64,000 nucleotides of DNA from the human T2T-CHM13v2.0 reference genome, Homo sapiens. A program made the position numbers and the translations under genes. Below are positions 27,507 through 42,387 of this stretch, piece after piece. The stretch is taken from NCBI RefSeq assembly GCF_009914755.1, contig NC_060928.1; one strand, given 5' to 3'. The notes under the pieces are model-generated. The model was not told the DNA's origin. It ran no database searches and was given only the letters and a program-made list of their open reading frames with translations. Positions within the stretch are counted from its first letter, which is position 1; each line of letters begins with the position of its first letter.

Positions 27507-28060
27507 TCTTTAATTTAATTTTTTTTTAATTTCAACTTTTATTTGAGATACCAGAGGTATATGTGCAGGTTCGTTATGTGGGAATATTGCATGAGGCTGA
27601 GGTTTGGAGTATGGATCCTGTCACTTATGTAGTGAGCATAGTACCCGATAAATAGTTAATTGCTGCCCCCCATCCCCCACTGTCTAGTAGTCCACAGTAT
27701 CCATTGTTCCCATATTTATGTCCATGTGTGCTCAGTGTTTAGCTCCCACTTATAAATTTGGTTTTCTGTTTCTACATTAATTTGCTTAAGATTATGGCAT
27801 CCAGCTGCATACATGTTGCTGCAAAGGACATGATTTCATTCTTTTTTATGGCTGCATAGTATTCCAAATGTGTGTATATACCACATTTTCTTTATGCAGT
27901 CTTACCACTGTTGGGCACATGGGTTGGTTCCAAGTCTTTGTTATTGTGAATAGCACAGCGGTGAACATACAAGTGCATGTGTCTTTTTGGAAGAATAATT
28001 TTGTTTTCTTTGGGCATATTTTCCTTTGAGCAAGCCCAGTAATGGGATTGCAGGGTTGAA
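27507..28060 (-). mobile_element. 5'-truncated L1PA13-16-like 3' end
   Basis: Antisense L1 3'UTR and ORF2 end; TSD TGGAACTAGAAGTTCT (27491-27506) / TGGAACTAGAAGTCCT (28061-28076). Confidence 0.9.
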
Positions 28061-30556
28061 TGGAACTAGAAGTCCTACCAACTTACAGGAGGGAAGATGG
28101 GAAGGAACGGAAGCAATATGGAGAGCTTTGAGGATCCGTGGAACAAGAGGATACTTCAGAAAGACCCACACTCAGGCAAGGGGCTGGAGCCAGGCTGTGG
28201 TGACCCAGCAAGGGGCTAATGGAGCCTGGGAAACCCTGGCATGCTGAGGAGTTTAGTTCAGATCCACATTCTCTTCACTCTGGGGGCTCCTGTGAGACTG
28301 GCTCTCAAATGAAGCCCCCGGGGCTGAGTCGGCTTTCCCTTTGGACCAAGTCAAAGCCTTCCTTTATCTTTAGAAAAAAGTCCTACTTCTGTGGGGTTCC
28401 CCTGGTTTTATTGTCTATTCACTTGTTTTATTCATCCACCCGTGTCCATTCATTCTAGAAACATTTCGTGAGCATCCACTATGTGCTAATACTAGGTACC
28501 AGGGTTACAGAAATGAATTTTAAATGTAATGGAATATGGTCCCGGCCTTCCAGGAGTTCGTACTGTAACATAGGAGAGAGAGAAGTAGTTATGCTGCAGG
28601 ATGATAAGGCCAGCTATGAATGTAACTGCAGGCTTGGAAAGCCCCTGAGCTGGTTGGCCTGCCAGGTGCTGAGGAAGTGTGAGTGCCCACCTGTTCCTGT
28701 GCAGAGGGAAGGAGGGTGAATGTCCACAGAGACTTCCAGAAGAGATTGCTGGTGGATGCTTATTTCCTTCTCTTGAGCTTCCTCCTCTGTGAAAAGATCT
28801 CCACTAGAGGAAACTGGCCACTGTTTACCTCTTTTACTCATCTCCCCAGGAGATGAGGAATGGCTTATCTGATTGGAGAGTTAGTTCCAGAGAGGGAGCT
28901 AGGACAGAGTGGCTCTGGTTTTTCCCTGGTGGAGATCATTTCCTTCTACTGCTCTGTGTCATAAACTTTACAGAGGTTGGCTGTGGCCAGGAAGGTGCTG
29001 CTTGTAGCCCAGTGAATGAGTTTAGTTCAAGAGAAGATATTGAAACGTCCACCTAGCTAAGATATTGAAAGCCACATTCTCCAGCCTGACTTTTATCAAT
29101 ATTGTCGATTTTGATCTTCATTTGCCTGATTCCTGTAACAGAGACAAAATGTACTGTTTATTGGACTCCCTCAAACTCCGTCATACATGACACTTATGTG
29201 TGTGACAGGGATGGACTCATCTCTCTGCCTGACTGGGAGTCATCTACATCCCTTGTGCTAAGCTCTGCAGAGAGAGGAGGCACATTTTCAGGGACTTCCC
29301 TGCCTCATTCCTTGCTTGAAAGCTTCCTTCTGACCCCACTCTGCAGCAAGAAAGGAAAAAGAACTTCCAGGATGAAAACAGAAAATCTGGATCGTCCCTT
29401 TTTCAGAGTCTGTGGCAGTTCTACAAAGGTCCATGAATAGTCTTTGGTCTGAGCCTGGAACGCCCACTGATGTCCCAGATAAGACTCTGCCTGGCTGCCT
29501 GCTGTCCTCTAGGGCTGTCTTTATTTTGGAAGGGGCCCTTCTGTCAATGTGTTCTGGCTTGGCTTTCAGGAACACCTTTGCCCTGTTGTTTCTGATGCTT
29601 GACTTCCCGTGGACTGAACTTGGGATCGTATTTTTCCCTAGAAGAATATGCTGTAACCGTATTATCCTGTAACCCTTAGAAGGCAGGTCAGGATTACTGC
29701 CCCTTTTTTCTCAGAAGACAGATTACTAAGATGCCAAAAGGGACCTAAGGTAGGGAAACACCCAAACAGGATTGGCAAAAACCCAGAGGGCCCCATGTAT
29801 ACATCCCTTAGTATTCTCGCATCAGACAATGCCATTTTCGCCTTCATTCTATCAGCTGGTTCCTCAACAGCTAACTGGGCTGGTTCTTTTCTCCCAAATT
29901 GGACACCAAAAGCTTCAGAGTAAGCAATAGCCCAGTAGAGGGAGCTGTGTTAAACAAGATTTCCAAGCTAAAGGGTAAAATACAATCAGCCAAGCAGGTA
30001 GCCCTGTGTATAATTCGGAAACTTGTATGTTAATGGGTGGTTGCCTATTCGAAAGCTCTGAGCCAGAACACAGCTTTTGCAAGGTGGTGCCTTGCGTTTT
30101 GTGGGTTGCTCAGGATCATGCATCTTGCTTCCATCAGCAGAGCATGATCTTGGCTCCACATGGCAATTCCATGGTTAGACAGGTTTGTAGCTTCCACAGG
30201 TAGCCTTGGCTCTGGGAGCGGGAGGGAAGTGGGCAGGGTCCTCTGACCTTGCACATACCAGGCAGCGCTCATGCTCACGGTCTCAGGAGATAGATTCTGT
30301 GTCACAGAAACCTATAACTTAGGGGAGTTATTAGTGACAAGCTTTGAGGGCTCTGGCTAGGAAGGAGATGCAGTGAAAGGAGAATCTTTCACAAATATTT
30401 GGAGCTTCTGTTCACCTAACTCATCTAGCTGCCCGTGGGGTCTCAGACTGGGCTAAGTTCAAATCTAGGGCAGCCCTTGGTACAATTTCATTGAATAAAC
30501 CTCTGTGATCAAGAGAATTATGAAATGTGGAAAATATCAAGGAAAGCAACATGTAC

Positions 30557-30586
30557 TGTGTGCGTGTGTGTGTGTGTGTGTGCATG
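30557..30586. repeat. (TG)n microsatellite
   Basis: TGTGTGCGTGTGTGTGTGTGTGTGTGCATG. Confidence 0.9.
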
Positions 30587-30788
30587 CTTTGGTGTGTGTT
30601 TGAGTTTGCCTGAGAACAGGAGTTTCCACAATTAATCTTGGATCATGAAAGATATCTATGGCAGAGATAAGAGAGCTAGCAAACTAGCATCCTTAAGGAC
30701 TCAGCAGATGCCTACAGGTTAAAAATTCATGCAGACCTGTTGGGAAATAAGAGAGAAATGAGATGGTACGTGAGGTGACTTTACTATG

Positions 30789-31184
30789 TGCATTTGTTTG
30801 CTGGGGCCTGTCGTCACAAAATACCACAGATTGGGAGGCTGAAACAACAGATATTTACTTTCTCACAGTTCTGAAGGCTGGAAGTCCAAGACCAAAGTGC
30901 CTGTTGGTTTCTTCTGAGGCCTCTCAGTTGGCTTGTAGATGGCTGACCTCTTGCTGCCTCTTTGAGGTCATCCCTCTGTGCACACCAGCCCTGGCATCTT
31001 TCTCTTCTTATAAGGACACAGTCATATTGGATTAATGCCCCACCCTAATGACCTCAGCGTAATCACTTCCTTAGACCTTTTCTCCAAGTATGGTTACATT
31101 CTGGAATATGCCGGCTGGGGAGGGGTGGGGTGGGTTGGAACTTCAACACATGAATTTTGGGGGAAACAGATTCAGCCCATAACA
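30789..31184 (-). mobile_element. MLT1B-like LTR
   Basis: CAAAATACCACAGATTGGG...TCTCACAGTTCTGAAGGCTGGAAGTCCAAGA...ATTCAGCCCATAACA; TSD CTATG/CTGTG. Confidence 0.85.
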
Positions 31185-33401
31185 CTGTGTATGTCTATGG
31201 GGACAAAGAATTGTACTGATTAAGGTAAATTATGTTAGTTGTTATAACTGATAAATTCTGAAGTCTTAGAGCATAAAACAAACAAAATCTATTTTTCACT
31301 CACATGAAAGTCCATTTCAATCGGCCAGTCTATGGCTGTAGAAAATGCAGTCATTCCCAGACCTACCTGCCATCTTCAACACATGTTGTGTCCATGGATA
31401 TTTTGAAAGGAGAAGTCAGAAGGAAAGTATGGACAAGGCAAAAGACTCTCAATGGCCTTCACCCAGAAGTGACACATTACTTCCACTTACACTGCATCAG
31501 CAGGAGCTGGTCTTATGCATACATCTAGAGGAAAGGGGTCTGGGCAATGTAATTTGCATCTAAGCCCAGGAAGGGAAAGTGGGTTAGGTAAACATCTAGT
31601 CAATCTTTGCAGGGATGAAGTAAGCTTGGCCAGCTGAGTTCTAAAGATGGGCCGGGTGTTCTGGGGAACTAGTCAGCAGGTACTAGAAAGTCAAGTAAAC
31701 ATTCATTAAAGAACCCTTCGAGGTTCCCAAAGTCATGACGGACCTTGGTCTTGGGTGGTGTTCCCCAACCTCTTTCATGTCATGGCACACATAGGAAAGG
31801 ATCATTCTTGTGCTGTATATTAGACTCTCTGGATGAAGTTATTCAAGGCCAGAGGTGATACATGAATTAGGAGGCCCCATGCACTCCAGGTGGCCACCTG
31901 GCCACTGTGAAGGCTGAGGATCTTATGGCATTTGCCATTTAAGATGTCCAGGGTTAATGGCTGGTAACCTGTTTGCAACATACTGGTGTGCTGCAGCTTA
32001 CAGGTGGGAATGTTGAGGTCTAGAGAACAAAGCAAGTAACATGTGGATTAGATGTGCATTCTGTGAAGACCAAACCTACTGCCACCATCATGGGATAAAA
32101 CAAAAAGGGAAACCAGGTGCTCTAAAAGCCAAGGACAGCAGAATTGTCCTGAAGGATTCTGCAAGATAATAAAGCATAGGGACCACAGATTTTCCCTTCA
32201 TCTGCAGTCCACGCTCTTAAAACTAGTGAGTTTTAATTATGTTATATTTGTAGCAACTCTTTCTTCTCTCTCTGGAGTAATTAATTGGAAGAGAATTACA
32301 AAGGAAACCCAGACATGGGTAGTAATATTCATCAGAGGACACAACAGAGGAAAGAAAATAGAACATAGGCTCTTGAATATTTTAACATAGGTTCAAGATT
32401 TTAACATTTATATACTGTCTTTGGTTTGGTTTAAATCATATCCACTGTGAACTAACAAATATTTCATGTTATCTATAAATAACTCAGTGAGTGCTTACAA
32501 ATTATAGGGCAATATAGTTAGATCACAATGTGGCAGAGTGGCTGAAGGCCAATTAGAAAGCTCATATGCTTTTAACAAACACCCCACTGAAAGAAATCAA
32601 TTTACATCCCGTGATTATTGCACCATCAGAGAATCTTTGCAATGTTATTAACCCTGGACATCCTAAATTACAAATGGAGATAACACTTAAAATTGATTAG
32701 CAGTGTATTTTGAGATAAAATGGTGTTTTTGCCTTGCTAATCACCTCTTTCACAGAAATTATTCTTGCTTTCCATGAAGTTATGAAAAATAAATTGGAGA
32801 AATCTTTTATTAAGATTTTAAAAGCAAACAAATAACTTTCAGGATAATATTCAAATCCTTTGTAATTTCCTTTCTCCATTTTCATCAACTGTGGGAATGC
32901 TTAACCACACAGGAAGAAGTTGGTGGACTTGGAAAGTTGCTGAATTCTCTTATTTGAATCAATCCACATTAAACACAAGCTATTGTTTTATTAGCAAGTG
33001 AAAGATAAACATAGCTTACACTGAGTGGATATGGAAGAGAAATTGGTTTCCTCTAGCCCAGTGATCCTTGAACAAATGAATGATTCTGACAGAAACCTAA
33101 GGAGAGAAGATTTTCCTGAGATTGGGTGGAAACAAACCATTCATGTATCGAATCCCTTGTCACCCACAAAATCCAGCCTACCAGGTTCACTAGCTCCTTA
33201 AATCTATGTACCACTAGGGGTGCATGAGACAATTTTAAATGGCATAAAGAAGAACAGCTTATTATTAACAGGAATGTTCTTAAATTAATGTATGTTAATA
33301 AAAATATACCCAACACAGTGAAACCATGATTTCATCAATAATAGTATCTAAAATGAGAATAAATATATATGTTACAAAAAAGGAGGTAAATAAAAATATT
33401 A

Positions 33402-34369
<968 letters not shown>

Positions 34370-34384
34370 TGAATAGATGTCGAG

Positions 34385-34770
34385 GTGCTTTTGGTGGCAC
34401 ATGGAGATGTGCCACCCGGATCTCCTTTCAAGGAGGGCCTTGCTGAAGCCATGGGGAATGTGGTCAGCAGACTGCCTCCGGCTGGAAGCTCCTTCAGGGT
34501 CCACCTCAACTGCAGAGAGCCACCCTGCCCGAGGCCATGTCCTTCTCTGATGGTGGAACCTCTAATGGGGTCCCAATCCTTCCTCTTGCTCCAGACCCCC
34601 ATTCCATCTCATTATATTGGCTGAGGCTTTGTCAGGCCTGCACAGCAGTTTGATTTCTCCTTCTGCTCAATCCTACTTCCTTCCTGTTTCCTCTGCAGTG
34701 CTAGTCCCTAATGAACATCCTATATCCCAACCTTCATTTCAGCTTCCATTTCTGAAGAAGCTAACCCATT
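34385..34770. mobile_element. LTR16-like ERVL LTR
   Basis: GATCTCCTTTCAAG...AGCTCCTTCAGGGTCCACCTCAACTGCAGAGAGCCACC motif. Confidence 0.6.
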
Positions 34771-35509
34771 ATAGTGGTTCACAGATGTGGCAAAATATAG
34801 AGAAACATTTTGCTAAGATCCTCCCTCATTCCTCTCCTGCCCTCCACAGATATCAGCTTCCTTGCTCTCAACTTCTTGGTTCTGGACTCTTGGGTTATAT
34901 CCAAATTCAGACACCCACCCCCAGCCCAGGGTCACTGCTGAAGGCTGTGAAGTCTGAGTCCTGCTCAAGGACCCATTTGAGGAGCTGAACTGAAATCCAG
35001 CCTGTGCTCCACTCATTAATTCATGGGTCCTGGTGAGGGATGTGCTGCCTGAGAGAAAGCCTGCTGGTCCTAACTGGCTCCCAGCAGCTGTGTGGCTAGC
35101 TGTGGCCATGGCTGTCTCTGCTCTGCCATCCCCCTGTGGCGTGGATCCCCACTTCCCGCTCCTACCCTCTGGACCCCTGCTCTCCTGAGCAGTGTTGGCC
35201 TTTGTCGTTGTTGCCTCTTGCCACTGCACCTTCCATTGTTTGGACTCTTCATTTGGGCCTTCTCATCTTTTCTGCCCCCAAGAGGAGGTGATCTGAGCTA
35301 AGCACAAAAACATTTCAATTTCTAAGCCTTTGGAAAGGTTTTCCCTTCAGATAGAGTGCTCGTACCAGAAAGCACCCACTAGAGAGAGCTCACATTTTCA
35401 CTCCCTCCCAACCTCTCTGAATCATGTGTGTCTTCTGGACACTAAAATAAAGACTGTGCAACCTCTTGCCGGAATGTGCCTCCAAAGATCTGAGAGAAAT
35501 TTGTAAAAA

Positions 35510-35830
35510 CAATAGCTAATGTTTACTGGGACTTACTACATGCCAAACACTCTACCAAGTGCTTTGTTTTTTTTTTCAGCTATAAATATTTTTTGTTTCT
35601 ATAGCATTTAAGAGAAGCCTATAAAAAGTTGTTGTTAAATCAAATTTAAGAAAATTTTACATGGAAATTTTACTGAATCCTCATAGGATCCATAAGAGGT
35701 TGGTACTCACATTCCCATTTAACAAGTGAGGAAACACAGGCTTAGAGAGGTTAAGTAATTTGCCTCACACCTTGAATTCAGCAGAGTGGGGTTTCAGGTG
35801 TGCTTTCATCTGACTCCGGCACTGAGTAAG
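35510..35830 (-). mobile_element. MIR
   Basis: CCCATTTAACAAGTGAGGAAACACAGGCTTAGAGAGGTTAAGTAATTTGCC. Confidence 0.7.
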
Positions 35831-36944
35831 CACTGTGCTTACTTCTGTGATAGTGAAGGTCACAGAAGAGCCGGGCTCAGCCTGAGACAAAGGCTACTGC
35901 TGCCAGAAACAGCAGGAAAGACGGTGAGAGCCAGGCTGATGAACAGGCCTCCCTTTAACTCAAGTTCAAAATCACAGTGGGATGAAAATCTGAGCATTTG
36001 AGGTTGGTTGGCTTCATTTTAACCATGTGCCTAAAAATTTGTCATCATTTAAAGACCATTTCCTCTGCACCTGCATCCAAAATGCATCCAGGGTCCAGTG
36101 TTTTAAGGAAGAATTACTCAGATGCTCTGTTTTGCTTCTTCACAATCCATGCATTCCACTTCTAATCACGTCGAATTTGTGGAGATAATGGCCTCGAGGG
36201 ATTGGGAGGATGAAAATCAGGAGAAGTGAAGCTGATTTCTCCTTGACCATGTGGCTTCTTGAAATTTCAGGGTAGGCATTAAAAGAAGTGGTTGGTCGAG
36301 ATTAAAGACTGAACTGTGCATCTTAGCTGTAATTTATGTCATTTCATCTGGGAGAAACATAAAAATCAACAGCTTTTAATGAATCTCTGCTTGGATGTTT
36401 TGTCACTCCTCAAAGAGTCTTTAGAAACACATTGAATCCCATGCCCAGATTATTAGGATTGAACCTTGCTGTGAGGGTATAGTGATGAGCAACATGGCTC
36501 TTATATTTCTCCAATGTTTGTCAAGACCAGTTTTTGTGAAAAAATGATTTATTAATTATTATATTAATAATCTGATGTATTAGCCCATCAATGAGTGACC
36601 TAGACAGGGATGTCGGTGGCATTCCAAGTGTCAGCCAGACACCCCACGCTTTCTATTTGCCCATCCGGTATGCTGGGTGCTACAGCTCTGGGGTCATTCT
36701 CCTTAGAGATCTTGGAATTCTTGAGGCCTTACATTTCTAGCTGCCACTCACTTCTCCTCAGCTTGCAGACATGGCCATGCTGCATTTCACTGACCCATTG
36801 CATACGAGTCCAGCCCCTGGGGAATTGCCTTAACTCTCAAGCATCTTAGGAATACACTTTTTCCTGTTTTAAAGAAGACCCTGGAAAGGGCAACAAAAAC
36901 AGAACTCATCTCTAAGAATGCTGGCAGTGGATCCTGGAGGTTAA

Positions 36945-37170
36945 CATCACAAGCTTTGGAGTCAAGCAGGCCTGGATTGAAATCCTTCCTCAATCACTTA
37001 CTAGCTGTTTGGCCTTGGATGAGTTACTTGACTTCTCTATAAACGTCAATTCCCCGTCTGTAAAATGGATATAATTGTATATGTCTCGTTCTACTGTTGT
37101 GAGGATGGAGTGAGATTATGCATGGAAAGCACTTCAGCATTGAGAAGCACTCCAAATATGATAACTGTTA
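36945..37170 (+). mobile_element. MIR
   Basis: GCTTTGGAGTCAAGCAGGCCTGG...CACTTACTAGCTG...CCTTGG...CTGTAAAATGG. Confidence 0.75.
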
Positions 37171-37217
37171 GTGTTATCAGAAGAGAAATTCAACATATCA
37201 GCAAAAACTCCCATCTA

Positions 37218-37548
37218 CAATCTTAAAAACATTGTTAAGTGAAAGAAGCCAGACACAAAAGGCCACATGTTGTATAATCCCTTATATATGAATGTCAAGA
37301 GTAGGCAAATCTCTAGGGACAGAAAATAGATTAGCAATTGCCTAAGGCTGGAGAGTTGGAGGGGAATGGGGAGTGACTGCTAGTGGTTATGGTGTTTCTT
37401 TTAGGAGTGATTGCAATGTTCTGGAAATAGATAACAGTGATGGTTGTACAAATTTGTGAATACACTAAAAACCACTGAATTGTACACTTTTAAAGAATGT
37501 GTTTTATATATGTGAATTATATCTTTTAAAAAGTTATATTTAAAAAAG
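37218..37548 (+). mobile_element. L1MB-type 3'UTR fragment
   Basis: AAGTGAAAGAAGCCAGACACAAAAGGCCACAT...AAACCACTGAATTGTACACTTT. Confidence 0.85.
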
Positions 37549-38001
37549 AACTATGTACGATGCAGCTAAAACCAGAGACTTTTTAAAGCTAATTTGTTTC
37601 CTGGAATCTCTCTACCTCTCCAAGCCTGGAAGAAGGATTAACTGTCATCTCACTGGAAGACTGTGTCTCTTTCTAGGTAAATCATTTGTTATATGATGAC
37701 TGCACAGTAAATGTCAACCCATTGCAATTTTGGCATTTGTGGGGATCAGTAACATGCAGTTCTCTTGGCATTCTACGAGGGACTGCTAAACAGCCTGGAT
37801 TTATGAGCATGAAGAGCCAGCCTACCATGCCTAAATCAGAGCTTCTCTGCATCTTGGTTCATTTGGCAGATGTTCCAGGTGATAAGTGAGATGTTTTCCT
37901 CCATTTAAAGTGAAAAAACCGAGGCAAGGAACAGAAAAAAAGAGTCTATTGGATTAACTGTGACTCTTTTGATGTATCATAGCCATTGGTTCTAACTGAA
38001 G

Positions 38002-38043
38002 GTGTGTGTGTGTGTGTGTGCACGTGTGTGTGTGTGTATGTGT
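38002..38043. repeat. (TG)n microsatellite with an embedded CACGTG
   Basis: Read directly from the sequence. Confidence 0.9.
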
Positions 38044-38867
38044 TGGGGGAATGAGTAGGGTAGCTTTGCTAAAAGGGAAGAGGGAAGGAGATGTAGATGA
38101 GTCAGTGCCTACTGCAAAACTGGAGTGGATTAATTCTGGAATTTCATTGAGCATATTCAAAGCTTCCAAAGTATAATTTTAAAAACGTGTTTTCAGATTC
38201 ACATCTCAGACAGAGTTGTCAGCGCTGCTTAGGAACAATTTCTTTTGGTGTGAGTAAGGTTACAAGATTTTGATAAAAATATTATTTCTTCATGTTTGGA
38301 ATATCTAAACAGATTTGTGGTTTTTCATTTTGCTTTAAAACATGATTAAATGTGCTTTAAAAAAATCAAAGCCTTCTGTCTGGGTTTTGAATCTCTTCCA
38401 GATTTATAGCTGCTTAATATTATATATGTCATGCCGATTTTCTTTTGGTTCAATCATGTCAATTGAGATTCTTTCAAAGAAAAAAAGGCTTATTAAAAAA
38501 GGAATTGTTTGTCCACCACATTAAGACTTTAAGAAATTTATCAAGATATTGATCAAGAACATTTTATTTTTAAAATTCTTTGCTGGAGCTGCTAGGCGGA
38601 GTAGATACCCAGAAGGAGAAGCTGAGGGAGATCTCAGGGCAGGCAGAGAATCAAAGTGAAAGTCAATTTGAGTAAGTTTTCCTTGGGCTAGCGTGCACAC
38701 ACTGGACTCTTTAATTACCTTTGTTTTTATGGAGAATGTACTCTCCAATGGGACTTAGTTGAGAGTGAAGGTAGTACATGTTGTGCTCTGTACTAAGAAT
38801 CTTTGAGAGACTAAGCAGGAGAAGAGAAAATGCTCCCATATAGATGACCTGAACACTTAACAAGCAG

Positions 38868-39092
38868 TAAATAACAACAGCTACACGTATTGTCCATTTA
38901 CTATGTTCTTGCACTCAGCTGGGAATTTCATTATTTTCCATAAAGCCCAATGATATTAGTGTGATTGTATCCATTTTAGAGATGAAGAAACTGAGGGTCT
39001 AGAAGGTTAAATAACTGGGCCCAAGGTCAAGTAAGGGCATGGTTTGTCTAAACTTTGAATCAGATCTGTTTGGTTCTTGCTTTTGACTACAT
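38868..39092 (-). mobile_element. MIR
   Basis: CCATTTTAGAGATGAAGAAACTGAGG...GGTTAAATAACTGGGCCCAAGGTCA. Confidence 0.75.
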
Positions 39093-39679
39093 CAAAAACC
39101 TGACAGATGGTCTTGCAATTGGAAACTGGGTTAATATCCTACTTCTAAAATCTTCTACTGCTTAGTTTCCCTATTCTTAGAGGAGGTCTTTTTTTGGAAG
39201 CCTAGTAAACTGCTCCTCCTAATGCCTTTCACTCATGAGTGATGCAGCTGCCCAAATCAGAAACTTGAAAGTTATTCCAATGCTCCCGTTTTCTCAGCCA
39301 GCACATGGATAAATCAAGTTCTAGAGATTCCACTCCTTCTATTTCCCTGCAATCCACCTTCTCTAGCTCTGCATCCATGATTGCAGTTCAGAGTGTGCCA
39401 TTTTGCAGTGCTACTTATAGCAGCCTCTTAATTGGCATCTCTGCCTCCAGTCTTGCCCCCTCCAGTTCACTTCCCAAGAATGCTTTCATTCCCAACAGTG
39501 ATTTTTCAAAAAAAAAAAAAAAAAGTGTAAGCAATCCTGTTCATTCACTACTAAAAAATGTTCACTCTCTTTTCATTACTTCAGGATGAAGTTCAAGTTT
39601 CCTAAGATTCCTTATAATGACTTCACTGATTTGGTTTTATCCTTCCAGCCTCATTTATTATATAACACTCTCTGGATCA

Positions 39680-40140
39680 GGAGTAGACTTGGTTACAAGT
39701 GACAGAAAAATGAAAATAACAGTGGCATAAACTACTAGAAAGCTGATTCTTTTCCTTTACATATGGGTGGTATCATTCAGTCATCCAGAATCCAAGTTCT
39801 TTCTAGATTATTTTTCCACTTCCTTAGCCATGTAGCTTCTGTGTCATTGGCTGGGGTGGCTGCTGGAAATTGAGCTCTCAGATCCCCATGTTAACCCGTG
39901 GAACAAAGGGAGGACCAAAGAAAGTCATGCCCTTCCCTTTTTGATGGTGTCCAAGAAGTTCCACTTAGGAACTCCCATTTCGTTTCCATGTAACTTGGTC
40001 ACATGGACACATCTGTTGCAAAAGAGATTGGGAAATGTAGTTATTGTTTTTGTCAACCATTTGTCCAAAAACAAATTGGGGATCCTATTCTCAAGGAAAC
40101 AGTGGATAAAATAAACTGAGGACAACTAATAGTCTCTGAT
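39680..40140 (-). mobile_element. Old MLT1 (J/K/L-like) LTR
   Basis: ACTTGGTCACATGGACACATCTGTTGCAAAAGAGATTGGGAAATGTAGTT motif. Confidence 0.55.
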
Positions 40141-40714
40141 ACTTCCACTCTCAGCTGTTTGCAGTGGCCTGTAGTGAAGTGGCTCTTTCTGCCCTTGCTG
40201 TGCGTCTCACTCCAGGACCTCCTGAAGAGCGCTGATCCTGCACTATACATGTGGTTCTTCTCCTATGCCTCCCGACTTGTCAGAGAATTTCTTGAGGACA
40301 TGGATGACTGTCTGGCAGCGACAGTTCCAGGTTTTTATTTTTGTTTCTTTAAATAGAGCCTTCTGTTTAGCTTAAATGTGGAAACATAACCATAGACGTC
40401 TGAGAATGTGAACACAGGTTATAATTCTGCGCAAGAAACATGCATTGCAAGAGTCCCCCAACTGCTGAGTCAGAGGTCTGTTTGAGGAGGCGATAGTTGA
40501 GTTAAGGTCAGCATTAGGAAAAGGAGCAAGCCACATAACAATCTGGAGGAAGAGCCTTCTTGATAGAGAATTCATTAGGACAAAGGCCTTGAGGCAGGAA
40601 AAGCCTTTGCATTTTCAGGGCAGAAGGAAGCACTGTGGCTAGAGGCTGCAAGTGAGAGAGAGAGTGGAAGTGTGGTAGAGATGGTGGGGACAGACAGCGC
40701 ATAAAGGCAGCACA

Positions 40715-40950
40715 GGGTGGAAGTTACAAGTACCAGCTCTGGGACAGAGCAGTTGGATGACTCATGGTTCTACCACTTGCTAGCTGGAGATCTGAGTAAG
40801 GCACTTAGTCTCCCTGTGCCTTAGTTTTCCCATCTGTAAAATGGTTATAGACTAGTATGAAGATCATAGACTGGTTGTTAGATTTCAATGAGTTAACACA
40901 TACAAAGCCCTTAGAACAGCACCTGGGATGTGGTGAACACTCAATAGATC
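40715..40950 (+). mobile_element. MIR
   Basis: CTACCACTTGCTAGCTG...CTCCCTGTGCCTTAGTTTTCCCATCTGTAAAATGG. Confidence 0.75.
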
Positions 40951-41532
40951 CTTGGCACCTACATTCTTGACCCTGCTGATGTGCGTCTAGATTCTTGCTA
41001 TGCCTGTCTTTCCAATATTGTACACCCAAACCTGGGCTCCTATTATCTTCCTGCTCTCTGCATTTAATTAGTTGCTTTCTCAGTGAGGGTTGGGTTTGAC
41101 TGCATGTAACAGAAAAGTCAGAATGTATCAGGTTTTATGTGTAAACACATAAAACCAATTTTTTCTTTCAAGTAGAAATCCTGAGGCAAGCAGGCCACTC
41201 AGGGCTGAAATGGTGCCCTGTGCACCTTAGAGACCCCTAGTCCCTCCATCTTACTTTTTAAAAAATCATCTTCAACTTTTGGCTTAAGATAATTGCTGAA
41301 GTTTCAGCCATTTTGTCCACATCTCAGAATGATAAAAACAGAAGGATGGAAGAACAAAAAGGCATATCTGTTTTAAAAACTTTTCCTGAAGCCCCATCCT
41401 ACAATCTTTCGCCATCACATTGGACAGAATTATTTATTTACATGACCAAACTTAGCTATAAGAAAGGCTGGCAAATGTAGTTTTCTTTTCCAGCCTAACA
41501 CATTGCAGTTCAGTTACTAAGAAAAAAGAGGA

Positions 41533-41843
41533 GGCTGGGTGCAATGGCTCACACCTGTAATCCCAGCACTGTGAGAGGCCACTGTGGATTACCTGAGGTC
41601 AGGAGTTCAGGACCAGGCTGGCCAACATGGTGAAACCCTGCCTCTACTAAAAATACAAAAATTAGCCAGGCATGGTGGCGAGCACCTGTAATCTCAGCTA
41701 CTTGGGAGGCTGAGGCAGGCAGGAGAATGGCTTGAACCTAGAAGGCAGAGGTTGCAGTGAGCTGAGATCCTGCCACTGCACTCCAGCCTGGATGACAGAG
41801 CGAGATACCGTCTCAAAAAAAAAAAAAAAAAAAAAAAGAAAGA
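41533..41843 (+). mobile_element. Alu (AluS-type) inserted in an old MLT1
   Basis: Dimeric Alu with A/GAAA tail; TSD AAGAAAAAAGAGGA (41519-41532) / AAGAAAGAAGAGGA (41844-41857). Confidence 0.96.
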
Positions 41844-41996
41844 AAGAAAGAAGAGGAAAATGTTTGTTGGAAGAGGCCCATCTCCTTTCTTGTTGCCTAA
41901 ATTCTAAACCAGACTCTCATTCTTTGTCTCCTCAGCCACTTCCAATGAGCTTTCTGCCTAAAGAATTTTCATCTTCAACACATTTTACACATAATG

Positions 41997-42354
41997 TGCT
42001 GTGGTTTGAATATGTGTGCCCCTGAAAAATTTATACATTTAAACCTAATCTCCAATGAGATACTGTTATGAAGTGGGGCTTTTGGGGAAATGATTAAGTC
42101 ATGAGGTTAGAGCCCTCATGAATGGGATTATTGCCTTATAAAAAGAAAACTGAGGGAGCTTATTTGCCCCTTCTGCTACGTGAGGACACATAGAAGGCGT
42201 TATCTATAAGGAATAGGCCCTGACCAGACACTAAATCTGCTAGCATCTTGATCTTGGACTTCTCAGCCTCCAGAACTTGGGGCAATAAGTTTATGTTATT
42301 TATAAGCCACTCAGTATAAGGTATTTTGTTATAGCAGCCAAATGGACTAAGACA
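41997..42354 (+). mobile_element. MLT1A/MST-type LTR
   Basis: TGCTGTGGTTTGAAT...GAGCCCTCATGAATGGGATTA...ATGGACTAAGACA. Confidence 0.85.
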
Positions 42355-42387
42355 AAGAGCCTTCAATTGCTCCCATTTGTATCAAGC

